Below are positions 24,220 to 35,400 of a stretch of 64,000 bases of DNA, one piece after another. Source of the DNA: Anthoceros angustus (taxonomy: Eukaryota > Plantae > Anthocerotophyta); NCBI GenBank assembly GCA_010909165.1, contig VJWM01000179.1, forward strand, positions 310,001-374,000. Direction: 5' to 3'. The number at the start of each line of letters is the position of its first letter. Position 1 is the first letter of the stretch. The translations under genes were made by a program, and so were the position numbers. The notes beneath the pieces are model-generated. The model did no database searches, was not told the origin of the DNA, and was given only the letters and a program-made list of their open reading frames with translations.

Positions 24220-25721
24220 GTCCACATTGGAATCCAGAGGCTCAAGGTGAGGCAGGCTTTGGTGACTGCGCGTCACAAGACCTTTACATATTGTTGCGTT
24301 TTTCGCAAAGAGTAAAGCGTGGAACCGTTACGAGGGCTTGAGAGCTTGGTTTTGATATTGCAGTGTACTGATTGCGTGACGCCGAGTGGCTAAACTAGTT
24401 GCATGTTGTGAGGCCGGGCTTGGCAGGATATCCCTGTATGCTGAAATCTCGTTGCCGGTCGAAGCCTGTGGGTTGAGGCTTCCTTGGCGATTCATTAGAG
24501 GAGCGGCGAATGCAGAGGATCCGCTCGGCTATGCTCGCCGGGGCGAAGCCTGTAACCCAGCAAGCGACGCGAGTGTGTTTGTCTTTTCAATTTGGAAACG
24601 ATGGATCCAAAAGGTGGGCGGTACCCCAATAATGTGGGGCATCCACCTTTGTCCTTGGGGTTTGAACTTGTGGCAGAGGGTAGGAGCACGCGCGCTGGGG
24701 CGTGGCGTCAGCAGCTTCCTCCTGTGATGAGAGAAGGAGATGGGGCGTCGACACTGGACAGCGGTAGCCGTAGTTACGTTACAGACGGAATATGTAGTGT
24801 ACGTATGGAATCCCCTGTTTGATTGGGTGGTGGCGTAACGTATGCCCAGAGACATGGTACAGGAACTCGGCAGACGTGGCGCACATGATACACGCAAGGC
24901 GTGAGCGTGGCTCACGTCAGGCCTAGATTTTGTTGCGAGTCGAAAAAGTGTGGCACGCGCGAAGCTCACCGGACGTTGGCCGTAGCCGTGAAAAGCAAAG
25001 CATGGGAAAGGGAGGGACCAGCAGCCGGTCAGGGCCAGCTGTTTACGCTAAGGATGTCAGGTTGCAGGTTCCTGCAAGGCCAGGCCAGTCCTGCAGGCTG
25101 CGACGCGCGTGAGAGGGCGGGAATCTGCCTCCCTCCCTCCTTCCTTCCTTCCCCTTCCACTTGGCTGTGCTGTGCGCACTGTTTGCTCGTCTCGGTAACG
25201 TTGCACAATGCAGATGCAGGCAGTGTTGTGCTATGTGCAGTGTACTGATTGCGTGACGCCGAGTGGCTAAACTCTGCGTTGTCCGTGTTCCGTCTGGCCT
25301 CGCCTCGCCTCGCCTGGCTGCCCAATGACCGCCATATCTCGCAGGGCCCGAGACACAACCACCAGGCAGGGCGCGAACCCAGAGGCCAAGAGTGTCAGAG
25401 ACAGAGACAGAGACAGAGACACGCAGCAGCAAGAGATTGATGAAAGCGTTGAATGAAAGATCCTTGATATGCACAGTGATTTTGGCTGCCAATGCAGAGG
25501 ATAAAGTGGGCAGTGAGTGTGGTGGGCGTGGGGCCGGAGCGTGGCCAGGGCGGGGCAGGCGCTAATGATTGGATCGAGGCGAGGCGGGCTCGCCTTAAAG
25601 CAACACTGTCTACAGCAAGGCATATCTGTCGGTGGCAACAGCCAAGCTGGTGCAGCAGCACTGGGCAGCACCGCGGCAGCAAGTGCCGTCCTCCATACAC
25701 ATCACATACCTACATCTGCTA

Positions 25722-26158
25722 CTACTTTGGCGACAAGGAAGGAGGCCATGGCCATCTGGAATTGTTGAAAGCGTCGTCGCAGTCCCGGTGGGCGGAGCCC
25801 AAGCCCTCCGGCACCGAAGGCCACAGCTGCGCATCTGGTCTTGGGGCTCCTGCAGGACAAGGGCAAGGCCAAGGTGAGCGTTCAAAGTGAGCGCCTCTTG
25901 TGGAAGAAGAAGGCAGCCCTAATTTTGGCAGTTGGCAGTTGCTGGATGGAGCGGGCAGTGTGTGTAACTGCAGAAGAGGAGCGCGGCCACAGCACCCGCC
26001 ATAGTGCTGTACACGAAGCGCCGAAGCGTTAGATCGATGCAGGCGTCCCACTTGTTTTCCAGCTCCAGCACCAAATCCGGCGGCCTGTCCTGGCCCTGGC
26101 CCTGGCTCTGGCCCTGGCTCTGGCCCTGGCCCTTGCCCTTGCCCTTGTCACTGCCCAT
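25722..26158 (-). CDS. MIC10: Second MIC10 copy, with indels in exon 2
   Basis: Exon 1 is identical to 21615-21854. Exon 2 has 1-2 nt deletions that shift the frame locally. Confidence 0.7.
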
Positions 26159-28857
26159 GGCCTTGGAGCAGAGTCTTAGGGGTAATATGTGCTACTCTAC
26201 TCTACTCTACTTTTCTCTACTCTAGTATATATCGCGGCGGAGGCAGAGGCAGAGGCAGCCGCAGCCGCAGCGGCAGAGAGGGTGATTGTGATGAGGCCCC
26301 GACCCCGGGGCCTGGTCTGGCCTCCCGTGCTTTCTGCTCTTGTGTATCTCCTTCATTCCCTCCATATCTCCAGGACCCCTTCAGTTCCAAGACAGTGCAC
26401 TGGCAGTGGCACCCCCTTGTCGGCAGAACGGAACAAGTTGCCCAACTGTACATGCAACAGCGGAATGTAGCGCACATAGCTAGCTAGATATGTTCATTGT
26501 AGGCGCATTTGAGGATAATGGGCAGAGGCAGGCTGCAGGCTCCAGGCTGCAGGGCCGGGGCCGGGGCCGGGGCCAGCCAGGGCCGGGGCCAGGGCCAGGG
26601 CCCGGGCCAGGGCCAGGCCTGTCTGCTTGCGCGTGAGCTTCCGGACGTGCACATGGGGCCGGTCCGGAGTCGAGTAGCTGGCAGTGCTGGGCCAGCGCGT
26701 ACTGTACTGTACATTACTGTCCATAGCCGGGTCAATGCAAAACAAATCCCGCTGATCTCATCCCACCTCGCGCTTGCGCTTGCCTTTGCCCTCGCCCAGC
26801 CACCCAGATGCTTCTCGTCCTTCTTCCTTCTTCCTCCTCGGGACGCCAGCCAGCACCAAGCATTGTCAACTCCGCGGGGCCCGGCCCCCAGCGCTGCCTT
26901 TTCACGCCCGCTTTCACATTTGCGGCCGGGAGGCCCAAGACGGCGCGGCCCGCATTGGGCCGCGCGCTCCTCGCTCCCAAAAGTTTCACAATCTCGCCCC
27001 TTTCTTTATGCGACATGCGATACTGCCTTCATTCATTAAGACAGTTAAGCGGGTCCGCTACAGCGGCCACGGCCACAAGTGAACCACAGTGTGCGTAACG
27101 TAACTTGTGCTGCAAAGTGCAAGCTGCAATCAGCGGAAGCAGCGAATTCCGCTCGTCCCCGCAGAGTGCTGCACCAGGCACGCAGGCAGGACCAGGAAGG
27201 GGCCCATCCCGCAGCCTCCAGAAGCCCATGGCAGGCCCCCCGCGGCTTCTCCATCAGCTCGGACAGCCGCGCGAGAAGGCAGGAGGGAAACACGGCGCAG
27301 CTCTAGACTGCGATCCCGGACCCGGATGAGGAAGTTATAGCTGCCAGGCCAGGTCCCTGCCTGCCACCGATCTCCTCCTCCCGCTGCCATCCACATCACA
27401 GATCTTCCCGCATTACAGTAATAGACTAGTATGCACTACAGCGCTACAGCAATAGTATACAAGAGCCGGGCCGGGCCCCGGGCTTGCCGCCACCCGCATC
27501 CCCAGACACTACATACAAGTTCGCACCAGGGGCCTTTTGTCTTCCTCCCGACTTCGCAGATTCGACCATTCCACGCGCGCACACGCACATACGCACACCG
27601 CAGCTGATGGCCCATGTCAAACTGTTTGTCTGCACATCCATGGGCCCCAACAACACACCTTCTTCAACCACGCAAGCCAATAACCGCGCGACACTGCACG
27701 GTAACTGGTTTCTGGTACTCTGCAACAGCAGGAGACACTGATCAAACGCACTGCACCCGGTCCCCGATGACCCCTCGGCCTTCGCCCAAACCACATATTT
27801 CTTGATAACACAAGCAAAGCAGCTCAGCTCAGCTCAGCTCAGCACAGCACAGCACAGAAAGGGCACAAAGGGGTCCTGCCAGCGCACAACGCGCTCGCAT
27901 TTATTACTCCATAGCCTTCAATATTCCCTGCACCCTCCCTTCATTTTGTTTTCTATCTCCTACCAATCATTCGAATCTACATCATCTCTCTTGCATAATT
28001 CTACACTTTCCTAATTTTCGGTCACTAATTTCCATACTCCTCTTCTATTATATATCGCAACAACAACAACCACAGTGTAGATCTTTTGGTGGGATCTTCC
28101 AACTGCCTCGACTCCACACCATGCTACTCTCGCCGTGATTATGAAGTTTGGTTCCATGAAATGATTATGGACGCTGTCGGAGATCATAATCTCTGCAAGT
28201 CTATGCACATAATCAAGCAAGCAAAGAGGAAGAGGAAGAGAACGCCAATTACACGCAAGCCAGCCCATATTTACCAACAAGCATTGTACATCAGCATCGT
28301 AGCGAGCGTAACGTATGCAGACGTGGTGAGTTGGGAAAAGCGGGGCGTGTTTGACGACGGTTTACTTGTCCATACGTGTCCCGGGTAGGATATTAGGCCT
28401 GCCTATTTGCCCGCGCCTGTGTTCTGAGGACGCCAGTACGGGCCGCCCCGAAGAGGAGAGAAGACGACACTAATCTTTGAGAAGCGGCTGCATCCAGCCC
28501 CGCCCCGGCCTCTTCGTGTTGTGTGTGCTTCCGAACTGCTGCGCTTTGGAGCGAGTTATGGCGCTCGGCGCGCAGGGAGACGTCTCGCAGCGGGGCGTGT
28601 CGACGTAGAGATACCGGCGGAGTGTGGGGAGAGCGCTGCTGCTGCTGCTGCTGCTGCTGGGCAGGCCCAGGCTCAGGCTCAGGCTCAGGCAAAGGCCCAG
28701 GCCCAGGCGCCCCGTCGTCAAGCTGGCGGCAGAGTGCGCGGAGTTCGTGGATGAAGCTGCCCGCAGGCGGCATCTGTGGCGGGGCGCGGAGCTTGTGGAG
28801 CACGGGGCTGGCCGCAGCGGCAACGGGAAGGCGGGTTTGTTAAGGAAGCAGCTCCAG

Positions 28858-29864
28858 ATGAGTAAGTTGGAGCAGTCCGGGGCTCTCCAGCCCGCGCAAG
28901 TGACCCACAAACGGGAGAAGCTGCCGGGCTCCGGCATGTCTCCCTGCGCCGCCTGCAAGCTCCTGCGCCGCCGCTGCGCCAAGGAATGCGTCTTCGCCCC
29001 CTACTTCCCCCCCGACGAGCCCCAGAAGTTCGCCAACGTCCACAAGGTCTTCGGCGCCAGCAATGTGAACAAGATGCTTCAGGTGCTTGGAAGCCTCCCG
29101 GGCTCCTCCTTTTCCTCCTCGTTGCTCCTCCTCCTCCATCCTCCCGTGCTGCTTCTCTAGCTCTCGGAGTGAGCTGTTTCAGTCGTGTGTACGCCTGGGC
29201 TGCTGCAGCCTGGGCCCTCAGAGTGTTGCAAATGCGGGAAAGTCTGGGGGAGTGTTTGTGGTCCTGCTGCTGTACACATTGGTGGTGTGGTTTGCAGGAC
29301 CTGCCGGTGCACCAGAGGAGCGACGCGGTGGGGAGCATGGTGTACGAGGCGGATTCTCGAGTGCGAGATCCGGTGTACGGGTGCGTGGGGCTCATCTCGG
29401 CGCTACAGCAGCAGGTGGCGAGCCTGCAGCAGCAGCTGGCGACGGCGCAGGCGGAAATTGTGTGCCTGCGGATGCACCAGGCGGCGGTTGCGTCCAACGT
29501 GGTGTCGCTCAAGGGGCTGGGGATGGGGGTAGGACTGGGGAGCGTCGGGTCCAGCGGGGGGAGCAGTACCATGGGGGCGTCTCACAGCTCCATAACCTCC
29601 CACAGCTCCATGGGGACGTCCCACCAGTCGCCTCACCAGTCTCACCAGTCGCCTGCGCACCACTCGCACCACTCCCACCAGTCGCCTCACCACTCCCACC
29701 AGTCGCCTCACCAGTCTCGCCAGTCGCCCTACCACTCCCACCAGTCGCCGCACCAGTCCCCGCCCATGCATCCTCACTCCCCTGAACTGCACCACCAGTA
29801 TAAGCCGACCGCTATGCTCATGGGGATGGATACTCTGGATATAGGGCAAGCTATGTGGGCTTGA
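28858..29864 (+). CDS. LBD: Class I LOB-domain (LBD/ASL) transcription factor; intron 29083-29297
   Basis: SPCAACKLLRRRCAKEC (CX2CX6CX3C), FANVHKVFGASNV GAS block, RVRDPVYGCVG, leucine zipper LQQQVASLQQQLATAQAE, His/Ser/Gln/Pro-rich tail. Confidence 0.96.
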
Positions 29865-31869
29865 GAGCAGGGGACTGTCATTCCACACAGAGCTTCCAAC
29901 TACTGTCCAGCTCGTCAATCGTTTCTGCTGACCCATTTGCTGCAATTTTGTTTGAAGTGGATCAAGGACAGTCTCGTATGTACATGTATACGCAGGCTGT
30001 GGTCATGGTCCGACCTCCCGGCTCCCAGGACCGTGGCTACGAGGAGGAGGTCTCTCCCACACTGGCAGATATTGTGTGGTTGTGCCCTGCAAGCTCGACG
30101 GATCTTGCTGCGAGCAGAACAAGCTGCTGTGCAGCATTGGTTTGGTGCTTGCCGCAACCACATTCTCTTCTCTATGGGGGCAGGTTAACTTCACTACTTC
30201 CCTTAGCTATAGATCTACAAATGCAGCTTTCTGGCTTGCTGTCTTGGGCGGCAGCAGGGGAGGAAGCCTAGCTATGCTGATCCTATTAGACTTACACATG
30301 TTTGGCTGAAGCTATTAGTATTACCCCCTGTATAGTAGGTAGGTGGACCCTCTTGGACGGAAGGTGTAGCGAGCATTGTAGGTTGAGTCCAGTGAAGACC
30401 ACCCACCACGGGGCACTCTACCTCGGGCTGGTCTGATGCCTGGACTCAGCTTAAAAGTTCTACAACAGTACCTAGAGGATCGACGGTAGCGGACTTTCAA
30501 CTTGTTGTAGCACTTTTAATCTTCAATTTATTCGGATCAAGGTGTGGGTTGTATTTCATCACTGCTTGCCTTGCTCCGGGGGAGAACGCGTGCATGTAAT
30601 GCACTGGCATGTAAGTGCAGTGAACACGGCAGCTCTGCGACCGAGGTGCACGGCCTTCAATTGGAGCGTGCTTGGGTTAGCATTGCTGCAGGAGCAGTAC
30701 ACCGTGCGAGAGTGGAGGTTGTCGCTGGAAGACCCGTAAGCCGGATGACCAATCGGGGAAGGACTCGGGGAGGGACCCGGGCGCGGGCTATCATGGGCAT
30801 TGGTGCCTTGGATTCCAAGTTGGGCTCTACCTCCGGAGCCCATTTCAGCACTTTGGGTGGGACAAAGATCGTGCGTGGAAGGCCAAGAATCGTGCGAGGA
30901 AGGCGATAGAATTGATAAAAAAAGTGCGATGCCAGAGTTAAAGGTGTGTACTGTACTGTGCAGTGCGGTGCGGTGCGGTGTGCTGTGCAGCGCAGTGCAG
31001 TGCACCGCTGTGTGTACATTACAGGAGGGATTGACTTTGTAACTTCCATATTTGTATGCGCCTGCTGTGAGAGCAGACAGCCAACTGAGAGACAAGACAT
31101 TCGAGCGTACAGCTCCTAACACGACCTCATGCTGGGTCAAACAGGCCGCGTTTCTGTGTACTAACACCAGCAAACATGGGTCAACCAATTATTGGCGCAG
31201 ACAAGGCCAACCTCTTGCTGCTACCCCAGGTGTGCATGTCGCGGTTTGTACAATGCCATTGCCCACCCAGTTAGTGTTGCTTGGCAATTGGCATCCCTTG
31301 GCTTGCCCCGTTGTCCCGTTTCCACCCACAAGTCTGATCCCTTCTTCCGTGCGTGCTTTCCCCCTTCCTTGGGAGACGCGGCTCAAAGCCGTATTCAAAG
31401 GCCTTCAATGCTGTTCAATCTCCTCCGCATACTTTTTAAGTGCAAACGGTGTTCACCGTAAATGCGGCACGGAAGAGGACTTCACTCTGCAACACTTGTA
31501 TCACCTCGTAAATGACGTGTCCTGGTGCTTCCAGTAGGTACTTGTACTGTAGGTGACTCTGGAAACGTTTGAATCCCTTTTTTTGTGATAATCTGTTACA
31601 AGTGATCGGGCTTATGAAGGCAAGATTAGAATATTATACACCTCTCCTGCTGGTTGCAATTCATCTGAATGCAAGCCGTGGAAGATTGCTGTGTTCAACA
31701 CCGATATGGTGATTCCATGGCCTTGGCTAGCCTGTACAAGTTGCTGTACCCACATGCACCTCCTGCAAAACTATTCACATCCACCCAGTCTGTTTCTCAG
31801 GGCTAAAGATTTGTTTATCACGAAAGGATGTGGGGGCATGGACGGTGCTGGTTGCCGGAAGTGCCTCAT

Positions 31870-33170
31870 GTCGGAGCCCTTGCTGGTTGCCCGATATTCC
31901 CAGCAAGGGCTCGGCCATGAGGCACTTGTTGTGTATGGACGAATGGAGCAGGAGCGGCTGATTTTGGCTAACCATGTTGCTTTTGCTTGCTTGCCCTTCT
32001 GGGGGCCTGTGGAAGGACTGTGCCTCAGAGAAGGGCGGGCAGCTGCACTCACAGAATGTGGAAAGAGGACTGCCGGATGACGTAGTGGTGAGCAACTGCC
32101 TGGTGGACGTTTGCGACATGTGGTGAACTGAAAGATGCACGCCAGGTTTTGTAAAGCTTGACTGAAAAGGATGTGGTGACATAGACGGCGCTGATCTCTG
32201 GGTATGTACAGCAGAGGCAAGCGGTGCTTGTTGTCTATGAACGAATGGAGCTGGAGGGCCTGATGTGTGGATGACCACATTAACTTTGCTTGCCTTCTGA
32301 AGGCCTGTGTCATCGCTGGTACCTTATGGAAGGGCGGGCTTCTGCACTCGCAGATAGTGGAACGAGGACAGCTGGGTAACGTACTGGTGGGCAACTGCCT
32401 GGTTGACATGCATGCAAACTGTGGTGAACTGGAAGATACACGCCAGGTTTTTGACAGCCAGGATGTAGTGACATGGAATGCCCTGGTAGCTGGGTATGCA
32501 CAGCAAGGACTCGACCAAGAGGCTCTTGTTCTGTTTGGACAAATGGAGCAGGAGGGCCTGATTTTGGCTAACCATTTTGCTTTTGCCTTCTGAAGGCCTC
32601 TGCAAGCACTGGTGCCTTACCGAAGGGCGGGCGGCTGCACTCACAGATTGTCGAGAGAGGACGACTGGTGGCAACTGCCTGGAGGACATGCATACAAAAT
32701 GCGGTGAACTAACAGATGCACGCCAGGTTTTTGACACCACGGTCACAGAGAATGTGGTGACATGGAATGTCCTGATAACGGGGTATGCCCAGCAAGGGCT
32801 CGGCCGAGAGGCGCTTATGGCGCTAGGAAAAGTGGAGGAGGCGGCCCTCATTTTGGCTGACGATGTTACTTTTGCTTGCCTATCGTCACTTTTTGAAGGC
32901 CTTCTGAAGGCCTGTGGAAGCACTCGCACTCACTGATAGACGAATCAGGACTGCTCGATGACGTAGTGGTGGTGGGTACCTGCCTGGTGGACATGCATGC
33001 AAAATGTGGTTGACTGCATGATGCACGCAAGGTTTTTGACAGCATGAACTCAGAGAAATCTCGTGATCATGGACCGCCCTGATATCTGGGTATGGTACTT
33101 GCGATGGTGGTCACAAGGCACTCGCTTGTTTTGAGGAGTTGTTAGTTGCCGGTATTCGGCCTAATGATGG
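31870..33170 (+). pseudogene. Degenerate PLS-class PPR gene fragment
   Basis: Repeated motifs NFACLLKAC, VGNCLVDMHANCGELEDTRQVFD, VVTWNALVAGYAQQG at ~300-bp period, with stops and frameshifts. Confidence 0.88.
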
Positions 33171-33199
33171 GGAGAGTGGGATGGGTGACAGACGTTAGT

Positions 33200-34290
33200 G
33201 GCAGTGAGGGCAATGCTTGAGGCCCCTGCAACGCACCATGCTAGAGGACAGCTGTCGACATGGAACAACGTCTGGTTGTGCCCCCTATCCAAACATGCCA
33301 TGTCTGTACCAGGCACTTGCTTTCCGCGTCAAATGCTAGCTACTAGCTTCGAAACCTTCGCATTGATTGATGATCCAGCGCTTCTTTGCAGCTCGTTACA
33401 AGTCAGTGCGTCAAAGATGTCTCCAACCAGGCATCCTGCACAGCATCCCGCACTACTTTGTGGAGTGCCTGAGAGGCAAGAGCCCACTACACACTCCGTC
33501 TCGTAGTCACCATCAATACCTGCCCAGCATCCTCTAGGGTGCCACGCTTTGCATACATGTTCACCAAAATGCTAGCTATGAACAGATCAGTTTCCAGGCC
33601 TTGTTCACTATTCTGTGCACGACGCTGCTTTCCTTTATCCCGAGCTGGGGTTCCCGCACTTGTACAAGTTAACGTTCAATAATCTGCGCGTGAGGCTGCT
33701 TCCCCGCAGGAGGCACGCCAACGTCACACAACCGGGTTCAACAACGCCTTCTTGCTGCATAGCACTTTGAACATGAAGGGCTTCATCACCCATGCCCAGC
33801 TAGGAATACGCTGCATCAAAGCATTCCAACGTCACCACGTTTTTTGACCGAGTCCATCAAACACACCTGAGCATCCTTTACGCTGCCACACTTAGCATAC
33901 ATGTTTACCAGATTGTTGGCCACAATCATGTTACCCCTGAAACTGCTTCCCCTGCTCCAAAGCCGGAGTACCCACACTTGCACATGCCTGGAGGAGGCAC
34001 ACAAATGTCACGGAATCTGGAGCAACCATGTCTTCTGCTTGCATGCTCCTGTACAGGCCAGGGGCTAATCGCTCCATGCCCTGCTGGACGCATCCTGCTA
34101 TCATGGCATTCCACTTCGCTGCAGTTTTTCGAGCAAGGGCGTGCGTCAAACACACTTTGGGCATCCGCTAGGCTACCACATTTTGCGTACATGTCTACTA
34201 GACTGCTGGCTACGAACACATCAGCTTGTCGGAGTCCGTATTGTCTGATTTGTGCATGCAGCTGCTTTCCCTTCTCGAAGGCCTGACGCC
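33200..34290 (-). pseudogene. Degenerate PLS-class PPR gene fragment
   Basis: EKGKQLHAQI, VFVASSLVDMYAKCGSLADAQSVFD, WNAMIAGCVQQG, PDSVTFVCLLQAC, NNLVNMYAKCGSVKDA; frameshifted. Confidence 0.9.
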
Positions 34291-34950
34291 AAGCCTCGCG
34301 GTTAATCTGGGCCAATTCAAGGAGGATAGAGCTCTCATGCGGTACTTGCCTGCAAAAACTATTCATGTCATGTATCACACAAGAACCGGTCAAGATCAGT
34401 CTCCTGTGGGCCTCCTCTTGTAAAGGGAACCTGCGAGGCAAGCATAGGTTCAGAGGCTGAACATCCAAGGATCTTCTGGCAGAAGAGATTGTGGTGCAGC
34501 ATGGAGGAAGCCCTACGTGTATCTCGGGATGCGCTAGGTTGTGTCCAAGTGATGCGAGTGTTGATCAGCTCAGGATAGCTCTGCATGGCTGTACGTGCTC
34601 GAAAATCTCCGGTGTGCAAGAGCCTTTCTCCGGTTTGCAGTCTGAAGTATAAGAAAGCTGCAGCCGGACAGTGGTTTGCCACCAGCATCCCCACCTCCAC
34701 ACCATTCCACTACCTTCGAAGTTCCCATCTCAATAGCATGGATCTCCCTAAAGAACGCCCATGTGTAGCTCAGATCTGGCAATCAGCTGCCCCGCCGCAG
34801 AGCATGGTAAAGAGGCTTTCAAGGTAACAGCCAGAGAGGCCCCGTACGTACTCTGCCTTGCAGCAGACCAGCCTGCGAAGGTGGTACCTACTAGACCGAA
34901 CAGCCGTGGCTTAGCAAACAGCCAGCCAAGGCGTCTCAAGGCAGAAAATG
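34290..34950 (-). pseudogene. SNM1/DCLRE1-type metallo-beta-lactamase nuclease fragment
   Basis: ANHCPAAAFLYFRL, LLHTGDFRA, degenerate LDTT(Y to stop) and FPLQEEA. These match the SNM1 HCPGA, HTGDFR, LDTTY and FPxQ motifs. Confidence 0.82.
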
Positions 34951-35400
34951 CCAGCCCAACTCACCAGAAAATTGCAATGTAGATATTGCCGCGCACCTGG
35001 AGCTCTGAGAGCACTTGGCAAACTCCGCACGTTTGAAGTCATCCGCTCAGCAGCACCGCAGCACTTCACACCAAGTGTGAGAAACACTCATCAGACAAGT
35101 GGATTCCTTGGCTTGCGATTCCAAATAGCCTAACCACCGGAATTTTCATAATTGAGGCTAGGCTTCATGGCCTGGCCGATCGACGAGGCCAGTGAGAATA
35201 GGTCTAAGCGCGAAGTAGTCGGGTCGGTGCTTGATGCTCCTGCTTAATTTGACGCATTCGGAGCTCCAAAGTAGCCACCCAATCACTAATAATGCCGCAG
35301 CCGAGGCTTTGGTTGAGCTGTTCCGGATTCGGCGAGGAGCACAAGGAGAGTAGAGCCATCACCTGACGGTGGGTCTAGAACTGGGGTACTGGCTAGCTGT

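Larger units (their letters stand above)
17858..26510. repeat. ~4.3-kb tandem duplication (unit 1 17858-22196, unit 2 22197-26499)
   Basis: Near-identical copies. The 11-bp TAGGCGCATTT occurs at 17858, 22197 and 26500. Confidence 0.95.

Noticed and set aside
30382-30519. H/ACA snoRNA or hammerhead interpretation of the double hairpin
   Set aside because: No ANANNA hinge between the stems, and CTGATGC is not the CUGANGA core with a matching GAAA.
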